Source: a virus
DNA length: 64,000 nt
Strand: one strand, 5' to 3'
Virus record (IMG/VR): IMGVR_UViG_3300033146_003848
Span: 64,001 to 128,000 of that record
A model generated the notes under the pieces. That model was given only the letters and a program-made list of their open reading frames with translations. It was not told the origin of the DNA and searched no databases. Below are positions 34,699-47,111 of this stretch, in pieces. The first letter of the stretch is position 1, and each line of letters begins with the position of its first letter. Made by a program: the position numbers and the translations under genes.

Positions 34699-36807
34699 AC
34701 AACGTAAGGAGATTATTATGAGTATGAGTGACACAAAACAAAAATTAAATTTTTTATTAGACAATTTAGAGTTGGCAGATTATTTTGGTTCAAGAGATGT
34801 GGATAGAGTGTATGGTGCGGTATATAAAAAACTAATTCAAAATGGAGTATTAGTTAATAATTTAAGATTTACTCAAGGGAAAAATGTTTTACCTTTTGAA
34901 ATTGATAAAACTGAAAGTATAAAGGACAATATTACTAGAATTAAAACATATCTTCTTAGTAAGGTTGATAATTCAGAAAGGAGACTACGAGAGTGGACAG
35001 CATTCCATACAATCTATAGTTGGAGATACATTAAAGTGTCCAATCTTTCTCGTCTCAAAAATGGAAAAGTGAAAATCAAAGGTAACTTTGATGCGGCAAA
35101 TGATTTAATTGAGATTTTAGGCTATATCCAAAGTGATGAGATACCAAAAGACTTAGGGTTTTCATATGGTGTATTAGACTATGCTAGAAAGCAAAATGTC
35201 CCTTTAGATACTCATGCGGTAGATGTTATTCATTTTACAGTATCATATAAAAGAGGCTCATTTGAAATAACAGGAATGGATGATGCTCAAGTTCAACAAT
35301 TAAAGGATATTCTTTCTAATAATGAGATACAAATGATGAGGTAATTATCATGAAAGAGTATTATGAATTGGTTGACAATCAAACTATTTCTTCGAATAAG
35401 AGGTTTATTAAATGTATTTGTTCTGAATGGCATCCAATCGTTCGGAATAATATGAGACGACTTACAGTCACTTGCCCGTTCTTTGGAATAATTGGAACGG
35501 GCAAAACAAATGGAGATTTAAAACGATCTTGGAGAAAAAATAGTGAGTTGTGGATAAAAAATGAACTTTTAGTTGAGGAGGGATTGTGATTATGAAAAAA
35601 CAATGTTTAATGAATAAAGAAGAGGTTGTTCATTTTGAAAGTGAAGGACGAGATCATATTTATTTCAATTTGGAATCTTGGGAAGTTTTAAGTCAATTGA
35701 CAAAGTATCATTGGCAACATAAGATGTTAGAAGAACCATTAAGAGAATTTTGTAAACAATTGTTCCCACATTTGGAAATATTTCAAGTAAAGGTTCAAGA
35801 AACATATTTTGTTAAAATGAATCAATTAGGGCGAGGTACATTATTTATAACAATAAATCCACAAGATGAGGATTAATACATTGAGATATACAACAAATGA
35901 AATTATTGGTAATTGTAGAATTTTAATACCTAATAAAATTAATAGTCCTTGTACGTTGCAATTTATTTTAAATTGGATCGGAAAGACTGCCTGTTCAGAA
36001 GATGTATCTTTGATTAATTTGAATCAACAATCTAATGGTTATCAAATTGAGGTTTTAAATAGAAATACAAGTGAAATAACTATTTTAGGTCAAATTATAA
36101 CAAAAACTCAAATTTCTGAAAATGATTTTATTTCAGAAATAGGATGTAAAATATCAATTAACAAATGCGGAGAATAATATGAAAAGTTTAAAGAGTCTGG
36201 AAAAATGCAAACCTTATACTAGAAATAGACCACTAAAAGATATAGGAATGAAAGTTAATGTGAAAGGACAAATTGTTCAGTTCTTACAAGAAGATGATGG
36301 ACTCGATTTAAGTCCCATTCTCGCCAAATATAACGATTGTATTGTATATAGTGGTCGTAATGAAATCGAGGATCTATTGAATATGGAAGATTATGTGCCT
36401 GTGTTTTTTGAAACTGAGGCGTATAGTTCATTCAACTTCATGAATTAGGAGAAGATTATGAAAAATTTAGAGCAAGAGTACTATCTAACTTTTGAGGACA
36501 CGATTAGAGAACGAGTTGTTATTCTGGTTGTAGATAAAAATTCATTAAGCGGGAGTTATATGTTTGCCTTTAGTGAGAATGCTAATTCGAATAGTGATTT
36601 ATGGAGACATTGTAATTATGCCACGAAAAGTGCAATAAAACAAAAAATTAAGAATATTAAAAATGATAAGTCCTTAATTATCATTTCTGAAGAATTCCCC
36701 ACAAACAATAAAGTTATGGAAATACTTGACGTGGTATCATAAATGTATTATACTATATAAGACATTGAAAAAAATATCATTGATTAATTATAAAAAAGGA
36801 GAATACT

Positions 36808-37227
36808 ATGGGCTACACACATTATTGGGAACTAAAGCGTAAGTTGTCGGATGAAAAATGGAATGAAATTGTATCGGATTGTAAGACATTATCTGAATTA
36901 TTACCTAAACATTCAACATCTAGTGGTGGATTGTTTAAAGATGAGCCGTTGCAATTAGATGATAATTCATATTTTGGTAAATTTATTCAATTCAATGGGA
37001 TTGAAAACTTAGGACATGAAGATTTCTTTTTTACTAATACTCCAACTGCTGGGTTTTGTAAGACTAATCGAAAACCATATGATTTAATGGTTCAAATTTG
37101 CATTTTAACTTTTGTTCATCATTTAGGTGATGATTTGATAAAAACATCTAGTGATGGAGAAAGCGATGATTGGGAAGAATCTCGTAAAATAGTAACGAAT
37201 TATTTTAAGAAAAAGGAGAGTCAGTAA
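36808..37227 (+). CDS. Conserved phage hypothetical protein
   Basis: MGYTHYW...FNG...HE.F...FCKT.RKPYD...SSDG. Confidence 0.65.
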   Translation: MGYTHYWELKRKLSDEKWNEIVSDCKTLSELLPKHSTSSGGLFKDEPLQLDDNSYFGKFIQFNGIENLGHEDFFFTNTPTAGFCKTNRKPYDLMVQICILTFVHHLGDDLIKTSSDGESDDWEESRKIVTNYFKKKESQ

Positions 37228-37921
37228 AATGAAAGTAACTCGAACCAACGATTTATGGATATATATGAACGATGAGGATCAAGAGGTCGCAACAGTAAGT
37301 TTACATGAAGGTGATCAAAATGATGTGCAATATCTGCATCCATGCACTGAAAGGATTATTGATTTTTTATCAGAGAATCCTCCACCATGTTCTGCGGGGT
37401 CACAAGCAATTGTGAGCAGAGAAATAGTAGCAACTCACCATCATCACTTGACTCCAAAGTATCACGCTAAGTCAGGTCACATCACGCAAGTTAAAATGGA
37501 GACAAAGGTTGCCATTAAAAATCGGAATCGTGATAGATATGTTCCCTATTTTTATCCTATTTTTCTTTGTGAATTTGACGATTCTAATTTAGATGCACTT
37601 TGGTTACCCTTAGAAATGATTGCATTATTAGATTAAAAAATATTTGACGTGGTGTCATAAATGTGTTATACTATACTTATGAAACATGAAAAATGTTATT
37701 ATTAATTAATTGACTTTAGGAGGTCATTATGTTAAAATTTATCAAAAAAATATTATCTGAGGGTTCAGATGATGAGAAGCAAGTGGTTCTTTTTCTATTA
37801 AGTAAAATGGAGTATACATCAAAGGTTAAATTCCATGCGAAAAAATACATGACGATAATGAACGAAGCGGGAATTACGATTCCACGAGGGTTTAATCCAA
37901 CTTTAGATGATGAGGATAATA

Positions 37922-38428
37922 ATGAAAAATAGATATCAAGTGGAGATTATAGAAACCTTGGGACGAATTCTGTATGTGAATGCTTTAGATGAGGAGACAG
38001 CATATCAAGAAGTATTTCGGCAGCATAAAGATGGAGAGATAGTATTAGATTCAAATGACTACCGAGATGTTTACATTGAGGTTGTGGAAATTGATAGTGC
38101 AACCTGTATTTTATGTAAATTTTCTGCGGACTGTGATGATGAGTTTGATATAACAGGGCAAAAAATATTCTCGCAATCAGAATGGTTGGAATTTCAACGT
38201 CAAAGTAAGGTGTACTTTGAAAAATATGGTAATTTAGAGATACACTTTGGTTCAAATCAAAGTTTATACTTTAAAAATATAAGCGAGTTGTTCGAGTGTT
38301 TTTTCACCATGCAAATATCTGAAGATGCATATAACGAACTCTCCAAAGTATATCACAAAAATAAATTTGGCTTGTTTATCGATTGGGATGATATTTTTCA
38401 ACGAAAGAGTGAAGAAGAGGAGATATAA
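37922..38428 (+). CDS. Protein with N-terminal DpnD/PcfM-like domain
   Basis: YQVEIIETLGR...V.A..EE.A...V......EIVLDSNDY. Confidence 0.6.
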   Translation: MKNRYQVEIIETLGRILYVNALDEETAYQEVFRQHKDGEIVLDSNDYRDVYIEVVEIDSATCILCKFSADCDDEFDITGQKIFSQSEWLEFQRQSKVYFEKYGNLEIHFGSNQSLYFKNISELFECFFTMQISEDAYNELSKVYHKNKFGLFIDWDDIFQRKSEEEEI

Positions 38429-40961
38429 ATTATGACTATTGATTATTGGCAAAAAAATAAAGATGTGAAATTTATTGAAAGTGAGTCTGGAGACATTGAA
38501 ACCATTAATCTTCTATATAATTATAGAGGAGTTAATATCACGGAAGTTGTAATTTCTCCACGTCATTGGGGAAAACAGACTTGGTCTTATGCAGTTGTTG
38601 CCTTAGATTTAGAAAAAACGAAATCTAAGGCATTATGTGAAAAATATCCAATGAGATTGGAAACCTATTATTCCGAAAAAACTCATGGATATCCAACGTT
38701 TCGCCAATACGATGATGAGGAGTATTGTTATGAAGAGGATGTTATAAAATTAATAGATGAATGTTTAGCCAACAATTTAAACTAATATTTCAGTGAGCCT
38801 TTTGCTCGTCACTCAACGAAAATAAAAAATTAATACTTTACTATTTAGAAGTAAAAAAACTATTTAAAATTAATTAAAATTATCATTGACTTGGTTAAAA
38901 TTATATGTTATACTTATATTATAAATGATTGAAAACTTTTCAATTATAATTGATGGAGATAATCATGTTTGATGATATTGCGATATTTATACCATACAAC
39001 GATGAAGTTAAAATATCAGAAGGATATTATTCATTGCGAGAGTATAAGAATTCACCTGAAGCAATTCAATATATTGCAGATATGTTAGAATAAATGTTGA
39101 CTTGGTTAAAATTAAATGTTATACTATTATTATAAAACACTTAGATGTTAAGTGTTACAAACAATTTATGGAGAGTTATTATGTGGGTAAACAGAAAAGA
39201 TTGTAGAAAAGAAGGACTTAAACAACGATTTGAAGCGTATGATTTATTAGATGGTGTAAGATATCTTAAGCCCGATTCAGATAAAGACTTCTTGGGATCA
39301 GTAAGTGCAATAGACACAACTAGAGGTCTTATTGAATTAACATCAGTGGAGAATAATGAGAAACTCAATGTCCCTGCTGAATTGTGTAGAATTTTATTAA
39401 TAAGAGGAGAGATTCCTGTTTAAATGAAAGTGTAAATTTGACACGGCTCAATTTATATGTTATAATATACTTATAAACAATGTTAATAGTAACATTGTAG
39501 AATGAATATTAATTTAATTGCGGAGATTATGATGGAAATAAAAACACACTTTAGCCCTCAAGAAGTATTGAATAACCCAGAACTTACTCAAGATGCAATG
39601 AATCATTGTGGAGAATTGACTTATGAGATGACAGACGGAGAAATTGATTGGGTCAATTTCATTAAAGGTAAATATAGCATTGCTGATTATATTTTAAAGA
39701 GAATGGTAGATAATGTTGTTACAATTGACATGGACTTCTCTAAGAGTCTTGATGATGATTGTGAAGGAGCAGGAAAGGCAGTTATGCTAAGTGATGATAG
39801 TGCCCTTCAATCGATTTTCTTTTATAATTATATGGAGAGTTAAATGAGTAGCATTAAAATAAAAGATTTGGTCATCTCTCAAGAAGGTCAAGAAAAAATA
39901 CTTCGTCGTCATTATGAAAAGATGACCAAATCGCAAGTTATAGATGCTCTTATTATGGAGTTATTTGTAAATAATAAAGATAGTGTTCCCAGACGAATTG
40001 AAAATATTAGTTATGGAGAAAATTAATGATGAATAGGTTTGATTTTGGTATGACTGGAATTATTAAAAAATTTATTGAAGGATTAAAAATTGAATTTGAT
40101 GAAAAAGGACAATATTGGCTTGTTGACTGTTGGGATAATTGTCAGTATATTGCCAAATATAATAAACAGAGCAAGGTTTTTGCCATGTATGATGAATTAG
40201 AATGGTGTAAAACTCTAACAGAAGGTCAAAAGATAGTGAAAAACCATTTCCCTCACTTGAAAATTAAGGTTTGATATAAATTTTTAGATGGAGAAAATTA
40301 TGAGTGATGTAGCAAAAATAAGAGCGGATATTAATAAGAGAGGACTCAAGACAGTCATGAAAGAACACTTGAATATTCCCGATGAAGACTTTGATTCCCA
40401 TTGTTCGGATTTATATGTTATTTGTACTTCGGAGCGACAAGAGTGGCTAAAGAAGAATTATGAATTTTATACTAATATTGTCCTCTCATATTCAAATGTT
40501 GATGGTCAATCTTGGTTGGGAAAATCATTCTTCGATATCCCATTTGCACACATTGAATATTATTAAAAGAGAGGTATAATTATGAGTAGTGTTAACCACT
40601 ATGAAGTTGATACTGAATATACATAAAACATTAAAAAAAGTGTAATTAATAGTATAATGATTTGACACGGTCAATATTATATGTTAGAATATACTTATGA
40701 AACAATTTAAAAAAGTTAGTTTCTAAGTGTTATTAATGAATTTTGAGGAGAGTAAAATGAAAAAAACAGAAGCGACTGCGAGATTCGGCAAGAAAATTGT
40801 CGAACGAGTGAAGTATCGTAAATATGGCGGAGACGATTGTTATTCTTGGGCAATCTTCATCGATAGACGATTGTACAAAGGAGGTTACTCCAGATCAGAA
40901 GTTATGTATGAAGTAGGGTTAATTTATAAACATTTATCTGATGAAAGTAGAGGAGAGTAAA

Positions 40962-41582
40962 ATGGAAACTATACAAAAAATAAATTATAAGGATCATACG
41001 ATTGAAATTTCATATGATGATTATTTTGAAAGTCCAAGATGTTGGGATCAAAACTCAACAATGTTAATATTTCATCGAGAATATGATTTTGGTGATAAAA
41101 ATGAATTGGGTATTGATAAAAATGATTTTAATGATTGGGATGAAATGGAAGAATTCCTACAAAAGGAGATGAATATAGTAGTAATTTTACCAATTTACAT
41201 GATGGAACATAGTGGGATAAGTATTCAAACAACTCCATTTAGTTGCTCATGGGATTCAGGAAGAGTGGGATTTATATATATTACTCGGGATCAGATGAAG
41301 GATGCATATGGGTATAAACTATTAAATGCCAGACGAGAAAAAGAAATCATAAGATACTTAACCAACGAAGTCAAATTAATGAATAACTATGTCACAGGAG
41401 ATGTTTATGCATATTGTATTCGCAATGAGGACGACGAAGTACTCGATTCATGTTCAGGGTTTTATGGTGATGATTGTATTCCCGAAATAATAGATGAATG
41501 TAAACGAATCATTGATACTTATCCTTCTTCTCAACAAATGACTATTGCTGATTTTATACAGGAGAAAAAAGATGACCAATAA
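40962..41582 (+). CDS. Acidic conserved phage protein
   Basis: SPR.WD...LPIY..EHSGI.I...WDSG.VGFIY...DSCSGFYG. Confidence 0.6.
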   Translation: METIQKINYKDHTIEISYDDYFESPRCWDQNSTMLIFHREYDFGDKNELGIDKNDFNDWDEMEEFLQKEMNIVVILPIYMMEHSGISIQTTPFSCSWDSGRVGFIYITRDQMKDAYGYKLLNARREKEIIRYLTNEVKLMNNYVTGDVYAYCIRNEDDEVLDSCSGFYGDDCIPEIIDECKRIIDTYPSSQQMTIADFIQEKKDDQ

Positions 41583-42234
41583 AGAACTGATGGAACTGAT
41601 GGGAGTCTCAAGAGAGACCGTTAGATTCTGGATCACAAAGGGAATTCCACATGTGGGAGAAACTCCCACAACAATGACTTTCCCCGAAAAAGAATGTCAA
41701 CAATGGTTTATTGACAATAAAATAATAGGATACTTAAATGTGAAGGAGATAAAAGAAAAATATAACCTCTCACAAAAACAATTAACAGTTTGGCGAAATA
41801 ATGGATTGCCCGAAGAGTGGAGTCCAATTCGTAAAAAGAAGGCAATATATAACATTGTAAAATTAGAAACTTGGGTTGAAGAAACAAATGCCCTTTCTAT
41901 GTTTGATGAAGATCCTCGAATGAGCACTGCGGATATTTGTGAAATGTATAATGTAACTAGAGCGACAGTTTCTCTTTGGGTAAAAAATGGACTTCGAGGA
42001 GAAGATACTATTCATGGGTTTAGATTTGAACATAGTGAGGTTAGACGTTGGATAGAAAGTCACAAAAAATCCCAGAATAAATTAATTCTCATACAAGGTC
42101 AAGTATTCATTAGTAAACATAAAGATGTCGACCTTGTTGAACGATATTACTCCATAAGTGAATTGGGAAAAATACTATCTGAAAATAAAAATGATCCTAA
42201 AACCATTCAACATATTTCTAATATGTTAATTTGA
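41572..42234 (+). CDS. Triple winged-HTH (MerR/Nu1/Xis-like) DNA-binding protein, paralog 1
   Basis: Three repeats like KELMELMGVSRETVRFWITKGIP; AGGAG RBS. Confidence 0.75.
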   Translation: MTNKELMELMGVSRETVRFWITKGIPHVGETPTTMTFPEKECQQWFIDNKIIGYLNVKEIKEKYNLSQKQLTVWRNNGLPEEWSPIRKKKAIYNIVKLETWVEETNALSMFDEDPRMSTADICEMYNVTRATVSLWVKNGLRGEDTIHGFRFEHSEVRRWIESHKKSQNKLILIQGQVFISKHKDVDLVERYYSISELGKILSENKNDPKTIQHISNMLI

Positions 42235-43235
42235 CTTGGTCATTTTTATGTGTTATACTATATATATAAACAATTAATTTTGATTGTTTGTTTTTAATAA
42301 TTTTTTGAGTCAGAAAAGACTATAACATCGGAGACTATTATGAATTTACAAGTGAATGGTGAATTACATTTGAGAATTTCCAACATGGAAGGTGTAGAAA
42401 TTCAAAAAGATGAAGAAAAAATGGTTAGGTCGAAATTAAAGAGTGGAGATTATTTACTTAGCCTCAATAATAAATTTATTGTTGAATTAAAGAATTTTCA
42501 AACTCCAATATATACTTTTGATTTCGATGTCGATTCAATTACCGAATATGATTTCATTGAAGATGCGGAGGAAAATGATGAGTGATAAAAATACAAAAAA
42601 AGCCCTGTTGAAAGAACAATTGGACAAATTAATGAGCCAATTCTCAGATACAATTGATGAGAAGGTCAATCATGTGTTCGCATCGGGAACACTAGACGTG
42701 GACAATTTAGATGTCAGTGATGATAATTATACATTGGCTAAATTCTTCATGTGTGCATTAGGGAAAGAAATGTCGCACCAATATAAACATCCCAATTCTT
42801 CACGAAAACAAACCAAAACAATTGAGAGTATATATGGAGCAATGTGATGAAATATTTTGTAGCAATGTATTATGGCGAACGATATTTGACCACCATTAAG
42901 ACTATTAATGAGGAGAATTAAAATGAATATATTGCCAAAAACAATGTCGAGTAGTAACGAAGCCACAATGAGAATTAAAAAATTCCATCATCCCTTTATT
43001 CACGTCCAATTACATGAGGTAAAGGATAACAAAACAAATAAAAAGTATTCAATATTACAGTGGCAATATTGGACACATGGTGATAATATTAATGTGACTA
43101 GAGTCGCAATTAAGGATATCACTAGTGACGAGGCCATTTTACTTTGCGATGAATTGCCTGTTTTGACCGAGACCCTTCATGATGAAATTGCGGAGAAATT
43201 TACAATATTAAGTGTTCAATCATAGGAGAATTAAA

Positions 43236-43562
43236 ATGAGAAAAATAGTAACATGGGTTGACGATAATGGAAATTCTTGGTCAGACTGTACTGAGAGAGA
43301 GGCAATCAAGAAGTCTAAGACCCTTAGAAATTGCACTAATTGCAAAGATTGCACCTATTGTGTGAATTGCACAAATTGCACTAATTGTACTGAATGTGGG
43401 AATTTAGACGGTTGTGAACATTGTCACCAATGTGTGAATTGTAATAATTGTTTTCACTGTGATTATTGCACTGATTGCACCGACTGCAAAAATTGCACTA
43501 AATGTTTAGAGATTCGTGTTTCTAATGGTTCTAATTACGTTAACGTGAAACGAGGAGAATAA
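43236..43562 (+). CDS. Cys-rich (Cxx)n repeat protein, paralog 2
   Basis: WVDDNGNSWSDCTEREAIKKSKTLRNC followed by a long run of Cxx units. Confidence 0.8.
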   Translation: MRKIVTWVDDNGNSWSDCTEREAIKKSKTLRNCTNCKDCTYCVNCTNCTNCTECGNLDGCEHCHQCVNCNNCFHCDYCTDCTDCKNCTKCLEIRVSNGSNYVNVKRGE

Positions 43563-43933
43563 AATGATAGAAAAGAAAATTGCCCAATTTAGAGAAGAAT
43601 TGAAATTCGACACTAAAGGGTTAAAAATGTTTAATGATATCATCGAACACTCAAAGACCGATTCCAAATGTAATGCCTTATTTGAATTATACTTGACTTC
43701 ACCTGTTCATAAGACTTTAACCCTCTTTAAAATCCTCAGACTGACATTTCCAAATGAGGCAAAAGAAGACTCCTTGGAATTTACAAATAAATGGACATCA
43801 ATAGACTCCGCATCAAATGAAATTTCCATCAGAAATAATTGACATGGTCTAAAATAAATGTTATACTAGTATTATGATAGTATCAATAGTGACACTATCA
43901 ATTGATTATTAATTTAACACTATGGAGATCAAG

Positions 43934-44623
43934 ATGAATGGAAAGGAATTAATGCGAGGATATCATTGCACAAAGGCAACAGTCTTGATGTGGGTCTCAC
44001 ACGGTCTTCCACACGAAGGAGAAATATTCTCTAAAATGTCATTCGATGCCAATGAAGTAGAAAAATGGTTAATAGAGAATAAAGTCATGAATCATTGGAC
44101 AACCCAGGAATTAAAACAAAATTATAACCTCAAAAAAAGACAGTACGACGTTTGGAGAAGTCACGGACTCCCTGAACAAAAAAGTCCCCTGTTCCCAAAA
44201 AGTATGAGAGTATATAATATCCTCGAAGTAGAACAATGGGTGTTAGAGAATGATGCCCTAAATTTCCACGAATCAAAGTCGACAACCAACGATATATGTG
44301 CCCGATATAATATCACTAGAGCCGCAGTCTCACTATTCATCAAACAAGGACTCCCAAATGAAAAGACAATATATGGCCTCCGTTACGATATGAATGAAGT
44401 ACACAAATGGATGATTAAGAATAATAAAGTCAACGGGAAAAAGAATCGCAAAAAGAAAAGGCAATCAGAAACAAAAGAAGACCTCATCATCACACTAAAA
44501 GGCCTCAATAAGTGGAAAAGTGATTGGCAAAAAAGAGGTGTTGATGACTCCAATAAAATTCAATCGTTGAATAATTTAATTGAAGGTGTGAAAAAAGACT
44601 TAGAAAAATTCGATAAATGTTGA
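43934..44623 (+). CDS. Triple winged-HTH DNA-binding protein, paralog 2
   Basis: Collinear with 41572-42234 (W..GLP repeats, YNI..E.W, DIC..YN.TRA.VSL). Confidence 0.75.
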   Translation: MNGKELMRGYHCTKATVLMWVSHGLPHEGEIFSKMSFDANEVEKWLIENKVMNHWTTQELKQNYNLKKRQYDVWRSHGLPEQKSPLFPKSMRVYNILEVEQWVLENDALNFHESKSTTNDICARYNITRAAVSLFIKQGLPNEKTIYGLRYDMNEVHKWMIKNNKVNGKKNRKKKRQSETKEDLIITLKGLNKWKSDWQKRGVDDSNKIQSLNNLIEGVKKDLEKFDKC

Positions 44624-44715
44624 CTCGGTTGATATTATATGTTATAGTACTATTATAAAGTAAAAGTCAATAGTGACTTGTTAGAGTGATTAATTCATAC
44701 AAAGGAGAGACAACA

Positions 44716-45069
44716 ATGCAAAAAATTGTAACACAAAAAATGATATACTGGCAAGACGACAACGACAACAAGTGGTCAGACTGCACTGAAGAAGAAGCCA
44801 TTGAGAAGTCTAAGACCCTCAAAAATTGTACTAATTGTACCGACTGCGAACGATGTGAAGACTGCCATGATTGTGAGAATTGCACAGACTGCAGATGGTG
44901 TGTAGATAGTGCCAATGCGTCCTTTTGCGAAGACTGCACCGATTGCAACCATTGTTCAGGATGCGAATCTTGTATAAAGTGTAACAATTGCGAAGACTGC
45001 ATTGGTTGCGATGAATGTGAACAAAGTGAAGGTCTTGCGAATGAATATCAAAGTGTCGGAAAAGAATAA
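44716..45069 (+). CDS. Cys-rich (Cxx)n repeat protein, paralog 3
   Basis: YWQDDNDNKWSDCTEEEAIEKSKTLKNC followed by Cxx repeats. Confidence 0.8.
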   Translation: MQKIVTQKMIYWQDDNDNKWSDCTEEEAIEKSKTLKNCTNCTDCERCEDCHDCENCTDCRWCVDSANASFCEDCTDCNHCSGCESCIKCNNCEDCIGCDECEQSEGLANEYQSVGKE

Positions 45070-45256
45070 TGAAGAAACCAAAACAACGATGTCGAATGTT
45101 GAGTAGACAAAACCAAATAAATCCATATGCAACCCTTCAACGAAATGAAAGTGTGAGTAGTAAGTCACTCCCCCTCTATTATATCGTCAGCCCTCAAATG
45201 AAACCAATTAGTCGACGAAAACCCAACACCCCCGGTGTTAAACAAAGGAGAATATT

Positions 45257-45679
45257 ATGAACGCCCAAATAACCAATATAAAATTCTTCATACAAGGGAA
45301 TGCAATATTTACAGTATCAAACCCACAAAATGAACACTACACCTTTAAAGTGTCAAAAAAACCCAATGATGAAGACTCCCCACTATTCGTAGGATTATTA
45401 ACAGGACCCAATAATGAATATAATTACCAGTATATAGGAATACTAGACAAGTACCAATTAAAATTAACAAAAAAGTCCAATATAACACCATCATCAAAAG
45501 TCCTTAAAGTGTTCAATTGGACTTTAAAACAAGTGTACTTCAATAAAAGGCCTCCAAAAGGATACTCAATACAACATGTAGGTAAGTGTTGTAAGTGTGG
45601 AAGAACCCTAACAACACCAGAATCAATCGCCCTAGGAATAGGCCCTTCATGTAGAAAACAATCAAAGTCCTGGTCATAA
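45257..45679 (+). CDS. Protein with C-terminal DUF6011-like zinc finger
   Basis: CCKCGRTLTTPESIALGIGPSC. Confidence 0.7.
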   Translation: MNAQITNIKFFIQGNAIFTVSNPQNEHYTFKVSKKPNDEDSPLFVGLLTGPNNEYNYQYIGILDKYQLKLTKKSNITPSSKVLKVFNWTLKQVYFNKRPPKGYSIQHVGKCCKCGRTLTTPESIALGIGPSCRKQSKSWS

Positions 45680-45817
45680 AATTTACTGCATCCTATTCCC
45701 TCTTCATATTAGTCCATCCAAATAACCGCAACCCATCCAATGAAAATCACCATTTTTTGTCCGTCCAATGTCGAACCAATACGTGTGTTGTTGCGTGTAG
45801 ACAAATTAAACCGTCCG

Positions 45818-45876
45818 ACCATTACCAACCAATACCAACCAACCAATACCAACCAACCAATACCAACCAATACCAA
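45818..45876. repeat. ACCA/ATACCA short tandem repeat
   Basis: accattaccaaccaataccaaccaaccaataccaaccaaccaataccaaccaataccaa in non-coding DNA. Confidence 0.9.
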
Positions 45877-46406
45877 ATTATCCATTGTCGACTTATAAAA
45901 TATAGGGATCCTCAATTAATCATTTTCAATACTATTAATTGGTCCTCATTTTTTACCATAAGGACCTCCAATTTCTTATAATTTATAGGCGACTTTTGTT
46001 TGTTTTTTTGGTCTTCATCCTTTTTCCTTATATAAGGCGAATTACTTATATGGAATATTTGACAGGGTCATTTAATTATGATATACTATTAAAGTGAGTG
46101 AGACTTTTTGTTTTTTCAACACTCACCCTGGTTTCCCTTAACCGATAAAATTAAGGGACCCTGCGTACTTGTGATGATGGATCCTATTAGTGATTGCCTT
46201 GGGCGTGACGCGTTGAAGGTGACTTCGACTTTTAGGATCCTCACTTTAATGACAATTGTAAGGGCCAGTGCGAATAAAAATAAAAGTCATTTTATTTGAC
46301 TTGGTTGTTTTATTGTGTTATAATATGTATATAAACAATTGAAATTGATTGTTTGTGTTTTTAATACTTTTTTGAGTCAGAAAAGACTATAACATCGGAG
46401 ACTATT

Positions 46407-47057
46407 ATGAGTGAAGTAAAAAAAGAAATCGTTAATGGCAATGAGGCTCCAATTGTACACGGCATTGATTCATTAGAGGCTGAAATGAATGCGATGAACG
46501 GTATTCCTGTTGAGGTGTCTAAGAAGTCTATCAAATTAAAAGGGACTGCAAGGGTCGAGAGGCCTGTTCCTAGAGAGCCGAAGAAGAAATTGAAGATGGC
46601 TGCACATGCAAAATTTTTTAAGGCGAATGGTGGAAAGAAGAATGCGGATCAATTGAAAGTGAATTACAAAATGGTTGCAGAGTGGGTTCGTAGTATCATT
46701 GAAATTTACAACGTGAAGGATCACTTTGAAGTACATTGTAAGAGGAGTAAAAAGGACGTAAAGAACGTGGACTTCAATAAGGACGTTGCAGTGAGTAAAG
46801 AGAACCCTCGTACAGTGAAGAAAGAAGTGTATGCGGTTGTTTTTAATCGTAAAGAGGGTGATGAAGTGATTGAAGTACGCAAGGATCAATACAAGTCAGA
46901 AGAAATGTTGGTTAGGTCTCTCGCAAATATGGTGTACTTTGCGACTGCGAAAGTAAAAGAGTACGCGGCTGACCATAAAATTGAGCCACAATACGAGAAA
47001 AAAGTGGCTACTGAGGCTAAAACAGTGAAAGAGACTGTGTCCAACGAAAAGAAGTAA
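46407..47057 (+). CDS. Lys/Val/Glu-rich protein in a stand-alone transcription unit
   Basis: Promoter at 46296, conserved leader, GGAG RBS, terminator at 47075. Confidence 0.8.
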   Translation: MSEVKKEIVNGNEAPIVHGIDSLEAEMNAMNGIPVEVSKKSIKLKGTARVERPVPREPKKKLKMAAHAKFFKANGGKKNADQLKVNYKMVAEWVRSIIEIYNVKDHFEVHCKRSKKDVKNVDFNKDVAVSKENPRTVKKEVYAVVFNRKEGDEVIEVRKDQYKSEEMLVRSLANMVYFATAKVKEYAADHKIEPQYEKKVATEAKTVKETVSNEKK

Positions 47058-47074
47058 TCATTAGGACTATTATG

Positions 47075-47111
47075 AAGTGAGGACTTATTCAGTCCTCACT
47101 TTGGCTTTTTT
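47075..47111 (+). terminator. Rho-independent terminator
   Basis: aagtgaggact-tattc-agtcctcactt followed by T-rich sequence. Confidence 0.75.

Noticed and set aside
1293-44343. Short minus-strand track ORFs overlapping + strand genes
   Set aside because: Antisense shadows in a uniformly + strand region, lacking RBS and promoters.
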